This document shows positions 36,291 to 50,269 of a stretch of 64,000 nucleotides of DNA, in pieces. The first letter of the stretch is position 1. The number at the start of each line of letters is the position of its first letter. The notes under the pieces were generated by a model that did no database searches, was not told the origin of the DNA, and saw nothing but the letters and a program-made list of their open reading frames with translations. The translations under genes and the position numbers were made by a program. Source of the stretch: Octopus bimaculoides (Eukaryota); assembly GCF_001194135.2 (NCBI RefSeq), contig NC_069001.1:23048331-23112330 (forward strand), in the 5' to 3' direction.

Positions 36291-36917
36291 ATTTTGTTAC
36301 ATGTGCCATTGTAAGATACAGTTTCATCCACTCCATAGATACTTGCTGCATTCCTCATCAGATACAGGGGAAACAGTCAATATGTATGTATGGATGGATG
36401 GATGTACATACATACATACATACATACATACATACATACATACATACATACATGTATGTATTTGGAGAGTGAGAGAAAGAAAGAACTGATGTATGAACAT
36501 CATAAAATATATCCATGGCATTTGAATTATGGATATTTTCAGAAATCTAAATGATTCAGCTTTTTATTTTAGATATACAGACAGATATATACATTGAAAA
36601 TTTATGCTGAAAATGACATCGGAGAAAACAAAATGTTATTTGTAATTGAATGTTCAGAGAAACATTAAATAAGCAGAATTGTCTTTGACATTTTGAGCTT
36701 AAGCATTTTTTCCAAAAGTCAGAGACAGAAGGAAGTGCAGAGGAAGGAAAGAATAAAGAGAGTATTGTAAAAACATGTTCTGTTCTAAAAATATATATAT
36801 TAACAGAGGAAGTATAAATACTGAGGAGTAATATTTATCGCCACTTAAACATGGATGCTCTGTTAGAGCAAACTATTCTATGATACATACCATGACAGAA
36901 ACTCTTGTATTAGTTTT

Positions 36918-37120
36918 TGGCGAGCTGGCAGAAACGTTAACACGACGTGCGAAATGCTTAGCGGTATTTCATCTGCTACTACGTTCTGAGTTCAACTTTG
37001 CCTTTCATCCTTTTGGGGTCGATTAAATAAGTACCAGTAATGCACTGTGGTCGATATAATCGACTTAATCCGTTTGTCTGTCCCCTCTGTGTGTAGCCCA
37101 TTGTGGGCAGTAAAGAAATA
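36918..37120 (+). mobile_element. SINE family C, near full length
   Basis: GGCGAGCTGGCAGAAACGTTA head through the GTGGGCAGTAAAGAAATA tail. Confidence 0.85.
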
Positions 37121-38042
37121 AGAAACTCTTGTATTAGTTTTTGGCGCAAAATGCACTCTCATTTGTATCACTAGCATGGAGATAAATCCTTGCCACCTCC
37201 TTGATTCATTTTGCCAATGATGGATACTTGACATGTTAAAGAGAGCAGCTACTCATCTTCCTGCCAGTGATACATAGACAGACAGTGCCAGAACAGTCTC
37301 TGATATCACGATTATCCAGAGAGTTTGTATTAATACTTCCTCTGTCACTAATATATATATTTTTCATTAAACTCATTGGCTAATCACAACATCAGTGCCT
37401 CTTCCGGTGCCATTTTTCTATATATTGCTGGTGGAGAGATGAATTATTCTTATCTCTAGCTGTCAAGTGTCCATCATTGACAAGACCAAGAAAGGTCAAA
37501 ATCACATGATTTGGTGGTCTCAACATTGGAGACCATTGTGCATAAATTTCTAAAACACATTCTAGACATGGCCATCACAAAATTTTGGTGAACATTAACT
37601 ATCAGGGATTGATACCCAATGCATTCCTTTGCAAGAAAGTAGCCAGCAATATGAAGAGGCATTTACTCCTACTTCTAGCAGGGTGAGCAATCACAAAGAT
37701 GTTTTTCTGGGGCGGGGGTGAAGATATGGGATGTAAATGGTCAACACCTACTATGGTACAGGAAAAACCAATGAAGATGTGAAGAGGCAAGGCAGATCTG
37801 TTGATGTCTTGGTTTACTGGAAAAGACCAGAAAGAGTCAGTAGATGTGGAAATATTTCATATTGCATAATGATTCAACTTCTAGAAGCATGACAAAAGAG
37901 ATGTGACATACTGGCACTTATTATACTATATATACATGCACACACACACATAAATACATATATACCTACATATATATAATAAATATATATTTATATATAC
38001 ACACATATATAGATGTATATAATTATAATATATATAATTATA

Positions 38043-38073
<31 letters not shown>

Positions 38074-38675
38074 CCATATAGTAGAAAGGAGTAATTATTA
38101 TTGGTGTTTTGTTTTTATTGTTATTATTACTAACAACAACATATTTCTTTTAACCTTAATACAATATATCTGTATGCATGTGTATACATAATATGATACT
38201 ATATATATGTATACGCATATATATTTAAAGCATGTGTATAAACGTATATGTGTTTGTGTGTGAGTGTGTATCTGTACATATTAATAAATGCAATATATAT
38301 GTATGTATGTATGTATGTATATATATAAATATATAAATATATGTATATATATATAAATATATGTATATATATATATATATATATNNNNNNNNNNNNNNNN
38401 NNNNNNNNNNNNNNNNNNNNNNNNNNNNNNNNNNNNNNNNNNNNNNNNNNNNNNNNNNNNNNNNNNNNNNNNNNNNNNNNNNNNNNNNNNNNNNNNNNNN
38501 NNNNNNNNNNNNNNNNNNNNNNNNNNNNNNNNNNNNNNNNNNNNNNNNNNNNNNNNNNNNNNNNNNNNNNNNNNNNNNNNNNNNNNNNNNNNNNNNNNNN
38601 NNNNNNNNNNNNNNNNNNNNNNNNNNNNNNNNNNNNNNNNNNNNNNNNNNNNNNNNNNNNNNNNNNNNNNNNNNN

Positions 38676-38840
38676 ATATATATACATATGTGTGTATATA
38701 TACATATATATATATACATATGTGTGTATATATACATATATATATATACATATGTGTGTATATATACATATATATATATACATATGTGTGTATATATACA
38801 TATATATATATACATATGTGTGTATATATACATATATATA
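38676..38840. repeat. (TA)/(TG)-derived minisatellite, unit about 32 bp
   Basis: ACATATGTGTGTATATATACATATATAT repeated about five times next to a gap. Confidence 0.85.
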
Positions 38841-39364
38841 TACATGCATACAAATGTGTATATATAAAATATACATACAGGATCATATTATCCATGCATC
38901 ATAAATTAAATGTGTATGAATAAATTTTCTAACTGAATGCATAGAAATTGTAAGTACATGTATGCGCATTATTCAATGCAAGATAGCTTTTGTGTAGGGA
39001 AGTATAAAAAAAGAAAAAGAGTGGCGGTGGTGATGGTAGGGGGAGATTTGGAGGTGAGTTTGAGGGGTTCATTATAGTGTAAGAATGGTTAGAAGGAGAA
39101 ATTGCATATTAATATCCAATCTGATAAATCCAATAAAATATAAGTGAATCAGAAGTACCCCAGCCTCAAGTCAATAGGGGTATTTTCATAGAGTATCGCA
39201 AACAACTTTTATCTTTTACTTGTTTAAGTCACTGGACTACAGCCATACTGGAGCACTGCATAATTTGGTTTTTGCTGAATAAAACGATTTAAGTTCTTAT
39301 TTGCTTTTTAAAGTCTGATACTTAGAGTTATATTTTCCTTCACTGTTGCTGAAATGATAAACAA

Positions 39365-39738
39365 GTGTAGGTGTGGCTGCGTGGTAAGAAGTTTGATTCC
39401 CAGTCACATGGCTTTGGGTTCAGTTCCACTGTGTGGCAACTCAAGCAAGTATCTTCTGCTATAGACTCAGACCAACCAAAGTCTTGTGAGTGGATTTGGT
39501 AGATGGAAACTGAAAGAAGCCAATCGTTTATGAGTGTGTGTGTCTTTGTGTCTGTGTTAATCCCCTACCACAACTTGACAGCCAGTGTTGGTATTTTGAC
39601 ATCCCCATAACTTAGCAGTTCAACAAAAGAGACTGGTATAATAAGTACGAGACTTAAAAAGAAAATAAGTACTGGGGTCGATTAGTTAGTGCCCCAGCAT
39701 GGCTGCAGTCTAATGACTGAAAGAAGTAAAAGATAAAA
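39365..39738 (+). mobile_element. SINE family B, complete and diverged
   Basis: Head, body and tail all recognisable. Confidence 0.8.
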
Positions 39739-40205
39739 GAAACCAAGATTGGTTGTCATGTGATCAGGAGGACAACCACAAAGACACACACGCACACACC
39801 CATGCATGTGTGACTACACATAAACATACACACATATATGTTCAAAGACAAACAAATCTGAAGCAAATTTGGAGTAGAAAGAGGGCATATCATTGATGAG
39901 ATCATAAATAGCAATGAAAGGACTTTAGCAGACAACTGATTAATTGCTTCTCTGATTGATTAAGCAAGGAAACAATTAGTTAGTTGGCAAGATAACTAAC
40001 CAGTTGACTAATAATAAAGAAGTGAAGTTGAACCAGTGTGTGTGTGAGTATTCATTATTGGCATAGTGACTCTCCAAAAATACAAAAAAAAAATGATTTA
40101 TTTCAACATAGTTCACACCAAGAAATATTCAAACCAAATGTGGAAATGAAATGTGTGAGTGTGTGTGTGTGCGTGTGTGCATGTATCTGTGTGTTTGTGT
40201 GTACA

Positions 40206-40400
40206 CTACCATCATCATCATCATCATCATTTGACATCCATGTTCCATGCTGGCATGGGTTGGACAATTTGACAAGGTTCTGATGAGTTGAAGGACTGCA
40301 TTATGTTCCAGTGTTTGCATTAGCATAGTTTCTATGGTGGATGCCCTTTCCAGTGCTAACCACTTTACAGTGTGTACAGGGTGCAATTTTTGTGCCACTG
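40206..40400 (-). mobile_element. RTE family A fragment
   Basis: (CAT)n then CCATGCTGGCATGGGTTGGAC and GGATGCCCTT. Confidence 0.75.
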
Positions 40401-40657
40401 GCACTATGGAGGTCCCCATGTTGCTCTCAAGTTAACAAACCCAACAAGAGTGCTGCATTTATATGCTTGAAGGGGTGAGGGTGAGGGTATGGGGGAAGAG
40501 GTTAGATTAGAGAAGGTTCTTGTAGAGGGGGCTCCATGGCTACTGACATTAAGAAGAGAAAGTGAGAATAGATTAGAAGTGTCTCTAAGGAAATTGACAG
40601 TAGTGATGAGGTGTCCAGGTGGCACCTCAGTTTTCAGGTGCAGTAGTGGGTAGGGGA

Positions 40658-40689
<32 letters not shown>

Positions 40690-41003
40690 NNNNNNNNNNN
40701 NNNNNNNNNNNNNNNNNNNNNNNNNNNNNNNNNNNNNNNNNNNNNNNNNNNNNNNNNNNNNNNNNNNNNNNNNNNNNNNNNNNNNNNNNNNNNNNNNNNN
40801 NNNNNNNNNNNNNNNNNNNNNNNNNNNNNNNNNNNNNNNNNNNNNNNNNNNNNNNNNNNNNNNNNNNNNNNNNNNNNNNNNNNNNNNNNNNNNNNNNNNN
40901 NNNNNNNNNNNNNNNNNNNNNNNNNNNNNNNNNNNNNNNNNNNNNNNNNNNNNNNNNNNNNNNNNNNNNNNNNNNNNNNNNNNNNNNNNNNNNNNNNNNN
41001 NNN

Positions 41004-41067
<64 letters not shown>

Positions 41068-41086
41068 GATATATGTATATATATAG

Positions 41087-41121
<35 letters not shown>

Positions 41122-41155
41122 GATATATATATAGATATATATATAAGTATATATA

Positions 41156-41560
41156 GGTGCAGGAGTGGCTGTGTGGCAAGTAGCTTGCTTACGAACTACA
41201 TGGTTCCAGGTTCAGTCCCATTGCGTGGCACCTTGGGCAAGTGTCTTCTACTATAGTCTCAGGCCAACCAAAGCCTTGTGAGTGGATTTGGTAGACGGAA
41301 ACTGAAAGAAGCCTGTCGTACATATGTATATATATGTGTGTGTGTGTGTGTTTGTGTGTCTGTGTTTGTCCCCCAACATCACTTGACAACCGATGCTGGT
41401 GTGTTTTCGTCCCTGTAACTTAGTGGTTCAGCAAAAGAGATCAATAGAATAAGTACTAGGCTTACAAAGACTAAGTCCTGGGGTCGATTTGCTCGACTAA
41501 AGGCGGTGCTCCAGCATGGCCGCAGTTAAATGACTGAAACAAGTAAATGAGTAAAAGAAT
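41156..41560 (+). mobile_element. SINE family B, complete and well preserved
   Basis: GGTGCAGGAGTGGCTGTGTGG head to the AAACAAGTAAATGAGTAAAAGA tail. Confidence 0.9.
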
Positions 41561-42080
41561 ATATATATATAATAAAAAGTCAGGGTACAATATGTGCCTG
41601 TTTGCTTGAAAGAGGAGTTAAAACCCTCCAAAACCACACATCTCTCACTATATGTAAACACGCATGGAGAATATAGCAAATACATTTATCCAAAACATTC
41701 CTCCCACTTGTAAGATACATTAGTGAAATACAAATAAGATCATAGACATTCTAGTGTCAATTGATTTTGCTGAACCAACCCTCAAAGCTCGTCAGTTGGG
41801 CTTACTACATAAATCATTTCAAAAATCATATTATACATTTTGCTTATTTGAATTATGTTTGCTGACCACTTTATCATTATTTTTATAGGTAATGATAACC
41901 TTTACTTTTACTTTTACTTGTTTCAGTCATTTGACTGTGGCCATGCTGGAGCACCACCTTTAGTCGAGCAAATCGACCCCAGGACTTATTCTTTGGATGC
42001 CTATTAGTTATTCTATCGGTCTCTTTTGCCGAGCCGCTAAGTTACGGGGACATAAACACACCACCATCAGTTGTCATTTG

Positions 42081-42115
<35 letters not shown>

Positions 42116-42153
42116 CTAACTGTCTGGATGTTTTGCGTTCTTGTCCCGTTTTG

Positions 42154-42185
<32 letters not shown>

Positions 42186-42189
<4 letters not shown>

Positions 42190-42440
42190 TCATCATCATC
42201 ATCATCATCACCATCATCCTTTAACGTCTGTTGTCTATGCTGGCATGAGTTGGACAGTTTGACCAGAGCTGGCAAGTAGGAGAGCTGCATCAGGCTCCAG
42301 TCTGATATTAGGCTTGGTTTCTGTGGCTGGATACCCTTCTTAATGCCAACCACTTTACTGAGTCTGCTGCATACTTTTAACATGTCTCGGGCATGAATGG
42401 TTTTACGTGGCACCGGCACAAGTGACTTTTACCCGGCACT
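42186..42440 (-). mobile_element. RTE family A copy (a family B tail on the minus strand is at 41900-42075)
   Basis: (CAT)n-TTTAACGTC..GCTGGCATGAGTTGGAC..TTTTACGTGGCAC. Confidence 0.75.
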
Positions 42441-42524
42441 GGACTTAGCTCATCCAGTTTAAATTGTATATGTTGTTTAGATCACCTTAAACTGTTGTTG
42501 ACATCCAGAGATGCTATCTTTTTT

Positions 42525-43130
42525 GCTGATGACACATGTTAATTAAGCACCAATATATTGGCTGACAAGATGATTGCTTGTACCAGTAGATGGCACTACC
42601 ATATCACATGATTTCACAGTTACTGCTGATCATCAGTGGCAGTTGGCCTCACATCAACTGCCAAAATGAAAATCAGTCATACTGATATAGTATAACAATG
42701 GTTTAGCAGCTAGTGATGTCATGGAAAGCTAATGGACTATGAATAAATTAGCTATTAGTGACAGTAACTGTGTTTGTGAGGAATAATAATTGACTCATCC
42801 AAATTAAATTGGATGTGTTGTTTAGGTTGTCTTAAATTGTTGCTAATTTCTATTGATATTATTTCATGTTGACGACATGTGCTAATTAAGCACTGACTGT
42901 ATCGGCTGACAAAATGATCGTCTGTACCTGTAGATGGCATTGCTGTATCAAAGGATTTCAATGATTTCTGCAGATCAGATACAAAAACTAGCCTTGCACT
43001 AAATGTGAGAAGGTATGAGAAGGTAAATCAGTGGAACTGATGTAGTGTAATGGCCAAACAGCCAGTGATGTCTCAAAAAGCCAGCAGGTTGTGAATAAAT
43101 TAGCTATTAGTGAGGGTAGTAGTGTTTATA
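42525..43130. repeat. Degenerate tandem duplication, period about 344 bp
   Basis: TAATTAAGCAC..GGCTGACAA.ATGAT..TGTACC.GTAGATGGCA at 42540 and 42884; GAATAAATTAGCTATTAGTGA appears twice. Confidence 0.75.
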
Positions 43131-44034
43131 ATGTATAAGTTTCCATGCACTTTCCCTCAACTAAATTCACTGATAATGCATTAGTCAGCTGGGGGCTAGA
43201 GTGGCAGACACTTGTCCAAGGTGCCACACAGTGTGACTGAACCTGGAACCATTTGGCTGGGAAGCAAACTTCTTACCACAAAGCCACATCTGTACCACAT
43301 ACAGAAATAGCAGCCACATCTCTCTTAAAGCTGATAATCACCTTTAGAAAGGAATTCCATGTTAGCTAATAAGGTCCTCAATGCACACTGTCTGAAAAAT
43401 AATATGTTACATGACTGTCACAACTGGAATGTCTATGATTATAAATCTGACTAACAAAGGCTGACCAAGAGTTAAGCAATATAAAGCAGTAACAATTATC
43501 ACAACATAAATAAAATCTTGGTTTGTCTAATTAACTCATGGCTGAAGATTTGAAGAGAAGAAGAATCTGAAGTTGCATCACCAGGTGAATTTAAATAGCT
43601 GACTAAGACTGACTAATATTTTGACTTGTGAAGTTTTAAAATTAACAATATCAATTCATAAACCCAGCGTGTGAGTGCATTCAAAAGCTGGTAATTAATT
43701 ATGGTATAGATCAAGGCTGGAAAGAAGACATTTATAGCTCTATACCATAAGATAAGAGAAAGTAACTTACCTTTTCGTCTGTGCCATAAATGAAGCTCTT
43801 GAACATACCTACCTGCTCCACTTGACATATTGGTATTGTTACCTTCAAAACTCCACTTGTTGAACTATCAACCAGTCATGATTAACTATGCTTAAATTCA
43901 CCTCATGTGCTGGAAAGTCATGTAAAGCATGATGTGATCTATTATGGCTACATTAAATAAAGATTTCTAGTGAAACAATTATTGGAAATATAAACTGCAT
44001 TCTGTTATTTATTATATATAAGATAGATACAGTC

Positions 44035-44181
44035 ATAGGTGTGTGGTTAGATGTCTGCTTCCAAACCACATGGTTCAGGGTTCAGTTCTACTGCATGGCA
44101 CTTTGGGCAAGTGTCTTCAACTGTAACCTTGGGCCAACAAAAGTGAGGGAATTTGGTAGACAGAAACTGAAAGAAGTCCAT

Positions 44182-44220
<39 letters not shown>

Positions 44221-44483
44221 GCGTGCGTGCGTGCATGCATGCATGTGTGTGTGTGTGTGTGAGAGAGAGAGTGTGTGTGTGTCTTTGTGTTTGTCCAATC
44301 CCCACTGCTTGACAACAGGTTTTGGTATGTTTACATCACTCTAACTTAGCGGTTTGACATAAGACACTGACAGAATAAGAACCAGGCTTTCAAAAACACA
44401 ACTAATAGGGTTTTTTCATTCAACTAAAATTTTCCAAAGCAGTGCCCCAACATGACTGCAGTCTAATGAATGAAGCAAGTGAA
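44035..44483 (+). mobile_element. SINE family B (another partial copy at 45645-45900)
   Basis: Head, body, internal (GT)n and tail up to the gap. Confidence 0.8.
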
Positions 44484-44614
44484 NNNNNNNNNNNNNNNNN
44501 NNNNNNNNNNNNNNNNNNNNNNNNNNNNNNNNNNNNNNNNNNNNNNNNNNNNNNNNNNNNNNNNNNNNNNNNNNNNNNNATATATATATATATATATACA
44601 CACGTGTGTGCATT

Positions 44615-45495
44615 GTGCTATTGTCCTTTTATTGCACATGTTGTGTTTTGATGGTTTCTGTTTGTTGTGTTCTTTCTATTCTACCTTTGATTTATCCATG
44701 CAACACTCTGTACAACCTGTTGTTTACTTATTAAAAAAGATACCCTTTGAATATTATTTACGACTCTCACCCTTTTTTCCTTGCCTTTCACCCTTATTCC
44801 TTCCTCCTCTCTCTCTCTCTCTCTTTTCTCCCTTTTCCTCTCTGTCTTTCTCACCCTCTCGTTCTCACCTTTCTCTCTCGTTCCTTCCCCCCCCTCTCTC
44901 TCTCCCACTTGTTTCTCTGTCCCTCTGATTTCATTTTCCCTCTCTCCTATTCCTTAATCCCTTCCCCCTCCCTCATATTCTTCAATCTCTTTTGCTTTCC
45001 TTCCTCTCTTACCTCCCTTGTACCTTTTTCTCTCTCTCAAGCTTTGGTCCCTCTGATTTCTTTCCCCTCTCTCCTATTCCTTAGTCCCTCTTCCCTCTTC
45101 AACTCCTCCTCTCTCCTATCACATCATCGCTGTCTGGTTCAGGCATTTGTCCATTATACATCTATAATTCTATTTCACGTTACATTTGTCTGGTAGATGA
45201 AAGACCCTTTCTGCTATTTACTTATTTGTTTTCATGTATGTACACTTGTTTGCCTTTCCCAGAGGCTTAATGCTTTTAGCTTAAGTCCCTGACCCAGCTA
45301 GTTTCAAGTAGTATTCGAGATAAGTGAATGAAACTACAAAGACATTCTGGACTCCGACTGAAGAGGCAATTGGCTGCAAATGATCTTTGTGTCTTGTTTT
45401 GTCCTGTTTGCCATGGTCATGCTATCATCCTTTTTTTATGCATGTTGTGCTTTGATAGTTTCTGTTTGTTGTATTCTTCCTGTTCTACCTTTGAT
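44615..45495 (+). mobile_element. Non-coding element bounded by direct repeats of about 77 bp (44615-44691 and 45419-45495), PLE pLTR-like
   Basis: The terminal repeats align with scattered mismatches. Pyrimidine-rich body with an internal duplication of about 128-bp period; degenerate CUGAAGA hammerhead-like motif at about 45351-45392. Confidence 0.5.
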
Positions 45496-47524
45496 ATATA
45501 TATATATATATGTAGATATACATATAAATTCAGAAGAGTGGTACAATATATATACCCTTATAGGGCTTTATTTTGCTGGAAATTAATACATTTGTATTGA
45601 AATATTTTTCATATGCATCATCATCATCATCATCATCATCACAGACTTGGCTGTATGGTATGAAGTTTGCTTCCCAACTGCATGGTTCTGGTTCAGTCCC
45701 ACTGTGTGGCACCTTGAACAAGTGTTTTCTACTATAGCCTGGGGTCTACCAAAGCCTTGGGAATGGATTTCATAGGTGGAAACTGAAAGAAACCCATTAT
45801 ATGCATATCTTTGTTTCCCCACCACCACCACTTGACAGCTGGTGCTGGAGTGTTTACACCCCTGCAACTTAGTGGTTCTGCAAAAGAGACTGATATGCTT
45901 GATATCATAAATATCTTCCTTGTATTGAAGAGAATTTGAAAGACTTGTTTAAATATGTATCACAAATGAACTAAGTTTTTTAAAATTTTTAATAGGCATT
46001 TATTATGCCCAAAGAATTCTTTTATTTTCTCTGTGTATTATTTCCACGTCTGAATTGTCTGCATTCTAAAAGAAAAAAAAAACATTCTAGGTTAGAGTTG
46101 AAGTTTTTTATCGGTTTCTATAAAAGCAATTTTACTTTCCATATCGCAAAAATGTTGCAGCATTTTGTATAGTTTTAGTCTAGATATAGATAAATACATA
46201 TTTTTTTATTGCATAAGATTTACCTCTGCTGTTTTTATTTTAGTAAATTGTAATATGGCTTTTCCTTTAAGAAACAATTATTTGGAGGTAGACTTTCATC
46301 TATATTGAGAATAATGGAACGATTCTACCAGCTGGTTATGTCTTCATTATAAGAAGTGTTACATGTTTAGAATATCTCACACAACAGACAGGGAACAAAT
46401 AACTATGATCTTAACAAGAGTTAATTTGGCTTAACACATTCAATGCAAGGAATATCAGAAGCAAATTAAAAATAATCATTTGGTGAGGAAAAGGCATTAC
46501 TAGTCAATGTCTAATATTATTTCAGTCATTCCAGCAAATCTGGGTGATGAATTCATGCAGGTTTTAGTTTCATTAAACCGTTTCAGCAGAGCATAGATTT
46601 TGCTATTACTGCTCTGGTAAGCATGAGACTATGAGCACCAGAATAATAAGGAGAGAATTACTGACTAAATGTACAAAAACCTAGCTTCTAGAATATAAAT
46701 CCCAGTAGTTACGAGTTGCTCTTTGGCAAGGCATAGCCCCTGTTCAGCTTCCCTGCCAGAGATATGGCAAAGTCGTAGGGCTGCAGTGTGGTGGATTATA
46801 AAGAGGCAGTAGGAGAGGTCAACTGAGCCAATGGGGTTTCTTACATTGAAGCTGGGTGGAGGATTCCTAGAAGATCAATGATCAAGATCACCAAGCTCTA
46901 TCAAGAGAGTATCTGCATCGCATCCATGGTTGTGTAATCAGCTAATGAAAGATTCCTGACTCAAGCTCCCAATTCAATAGAATAAGTCCCAGGCTTTAAA
47001 AAAATAAGTCCTGGAATCGATTCAGGTGCTGCCCTAGCATGGCCGCAGTCTAATAATTGAAACAAGTAAAAGGAAAAGAAAAGATATCCTTCAATTGTCA
47101 TCTGCTCAATTCACTCATAATGTTTTGGTTGAACTGGAGCTCAGGTAAAAAAACTCTTGTCCAAGGTGCTGTGCAGTGGGGCTGAATATAAAACCAAATA
47201 CTTGGAGCATCAGCTTCTTAACGACAGAGGCAAACCTGCAGTTCAGGGATTTTGCTTGCAACATCTACGTTTCCCAATCTGTCACTGATCGAAATATTAA
47301 CTGGTCTTGACATTGTTTAATTCCTGTGATCAAATGAAAAACAATGTTTTCAATGTCCTATGGCCATGAAATGAACTTCCTTATCTAATGGAATGTATCA
47401 GTTCATTATTGTTGTTGTTGTTGTTGTTGTTATATATGCATAGTATCTGTTCAACCATGACCTAAGGCATTCAAGCCATGACCATCTCTTCCATTAAACA
47501 TGAGACAATCTACCTAACATTCAT

Positions 47525-47817
47525 GGTTGAGGTAATCAGCTCATAATCACAAGGTCGTGAGTTCAATTCCTTGCAGCACATTGTGTCCTTAAGCAAGATA
47601 CTTCATTTCATGTTGCTCCAGTCCACTCAGCTGGCAAAAGTGAATTGTAGCTGTAATTCAAAGAGCTGGCCTTGTCACACTGAATCCCCCTGAGAGCTAC
47701 ATTAGGAGTACATGTGTCTGTGGAGTGCTCAGCCACTTGCATCTTAATTTCACAAGCAGGCTGTTCCCTCGATCAGATCAATTGAAACCCTTGTCATCAT
47801 AACCAATGGAGTACAAG
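47525..47817 (+). mobile_element. tRNA-derived SINE family D with a long 3' domain
   Basis: GTGAGTTCAATTCC B-box, GTGTCCTTAAGCAAGATACTT CORE-like segment and GTGGAGTGCTCAGCCACTTGC..GATCAGATCAA domain. Confidence 0.7.
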
Positions 47818-49301
47818 TAATTACATTATCTAGTGTGCTTATTGCCAGGATGGTGAGATGTGACATGAGGATTATTTGGCTATCATTTCTTGAAAGTATA
47901 GTGATTGGGAAGAGGCTATCTTGTTATTATAGCAGGGGCAACAGAAAACCAGACTATTTTCCTTTAATAACTCAAGAATTCTGTGCTTACAGTCAAATCT
48001 TATATTAATGATTTGGTTGAGATCCAATATGTTTGCCCATCACTCCAGACCTGCTCTGTATTTGAGCTAGGTTTCCATTTCGGAATCAAATGCAGTTCGT
48101 CCCTCTGAAGAGACTTTACCAAAATCTCAAATGTTATATGCTCGGGTATCACAGTAGGTAAAGTACTTCATCCTGTTACCCTGTGTTTCTGAGTTCATTC
48201 CTAATGTGAGGCATATTTGGCAATATCTCTTCACAAGATCATATGTATTTTGGGATATGGAAACTGAAAAGAAGCCTATTTATATATATATATGTATGTC
48301 AGGTTACTCTTAATATTACTGGTAACATTTAACGTGGTGCAACCTGTTACATGATCAGACCATCAGTGACTAAACCAGTAACCCTACCAAACCCGATTTT
48401 CCTTGGACAAAAGACAAAATCTGCCAAAGGATGGCTGAATTCAGTAGAGCCAATGGCCACACAATAACTGAGAGTAAGAGACTCCTTGTCTTCATTTAGA
48501 CATCTCTTTAGGAGAAAGAAATTCCAAAATAATACCTGCTTTATTGCCAAAACCTGAAGATTTTGCTGTTGTTTGTTTCTTGGCAACTTCTCTTTGTAGG
48601 GGAGAGTCTTAGTGGGGTTGTGCAAGCTGTTATTGACCTTAACCCTTTACCTTTTCATCTGCCCAAATCCTTCCCAGATATTCCCTATTTTATGTTAAAA
48701 CTTCTTACACATAATCTACAATGTCATTGTAAAAATAAACAATCACATCATCAAAATCTCGAAGCTACGAAATAATGCATGATTAATTTAAAACAAAGTG
48801 AAATAAACAAGCATTGCATTTGACAGAGTAATCTGAATGCGAAAGAGTTAAACTTCACTACAGTTATTACTGACATCCATCATCTTTAACATCCAGGATA
48901 ACATAATTTGTCAGTAGTGGCCATACTTGTCTACAAGCTGACAGCTACCATGAATGTATGTATGCCTAGATGCATAAACCTTACATCGGAGTTCATTGAC
49001 AAAGTGCATAAATGTTGGTAAAAAACAAAAATAAAAGACAGAGATGCTTGTTTCTTACTCTCACAACCAGAAAGGTGAGATCTGTTTCTTAGCTCAGAGG
49101 AAATTTGTAATCAATTGTTTCAGAAATTGTGATATACTACACAAATAAATGTCATCTATGTATTGTACTTAATGAAAATACATCTCAAAAGACAAATTAA
49201 CTGCAGTATTTATGTAGGGATAATATCCCTTATCAATGCAGTTTAAAAGCACAGAGGTATATCAGTTGTAGAGGAAAATTGTCCAGCAGTGGTTGTGAGC
49301 A

Positions 49302-49344
49302 TGCTAAATGTGTATTTCTCTCTTGTTAGGCTTCATCAGTAGCA
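49302..49344 (-). ncRNA. Decayed hammerhead motif
   Basis: UGCUA-CUGAUGA-A-GCCUAACAAGAGA-GAA-AUACACAU-U-UAGCA. Core and stem I are intact; stems II and III are mispaired. Confidence 0.45.
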
Positions 49345-50269
49345 AGTGACCACTACCAGCTACAAGCTGAGACAAAATCCATAGCTACTGACATAGGAAA
49401 GCAGTAGTTGAAAGATCAATGATATTGTGAACAACTATCCATTTTGTTATTTTTTTTTTCCTGCATATAGCCCTGTTCAGGAAGGGACATGGTTCAGTGG
49501 TTTGAGCATGGGCAACTGCTGGTCTTCCATAAACAACCTTGCCTGGACTTGTGCCTTGAGGGTAACTTTCTAGGAGCAATCCCATAGTCATTCATGACTG
49601 AAAGAGGTCTTTTACTCCTGTTCAGGAAGTCTAGAAAAGTAGGTTGGTTTCCGGTGGTGTTAGGTACTCAGATGTGAAGATCTTGCTTTATAGAAACAAT
49701 GTCAATTTTAGAACTTCATATTTAAGTATCAAATCTCTACAATAATACCAACTTTTCGTTCCTCAGATATTTTTATCTTTGAAAAGATTTTTATCAGTTT
49801 TTATTAAGTGTTCTTTTAGAGTATCTGAGTCTTTACAATATCTGCCAACTTTATTGTCTCCTATAGTATCAGACAGGTTGATGTATTAGCAGAGTTTTTG
49901 TGTTGAAATTTCTTTTCTCTTTGATAATGCCCTTTGTATAGCATTGTTCAGTTTGATGATGTATATTCAGTATAATTGTAATAAAATTGTCATAAAATTT
50001 TCTCTTTTCTTGCCTTTTCATTATTATTATTATTGTTGTTGTTGTTATTTTTTTATTATTATTATCCTTGTCTTTCAATTTTATTTCCATTTCTTGCTGC
50101 ATGTCTCCCCAACACCTAGGGCACAGAAATACACTGCATACATTGGTAGGCCACTAAAATAAACACACCAGATTGTTCATTTGCAAAGTCATATGATAAA
50201 GAAAAAGGAAAGAAGAAAAAATTCAAGAAAAAAACAAAGAAAATAAAGGGGGAAAAAAAGAAAGTTTAC

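Noticed and set aside
37461-37680. Possible Sushi/CCP-domain exon (VKCPSLTRP...GDHCA...SGIDTQC)
   Set aside because: Needs several stops and a frameshift to be repaired, and key Cys/Trp residues are missing; not supportable.
43770-43880. Minus-strand exon ending at a strong donor AAG|GTAAGT (..VGMFKSFIYGTDEK)
   Set aside because: No convincing acceptor, competing donors and no recognisable homology.
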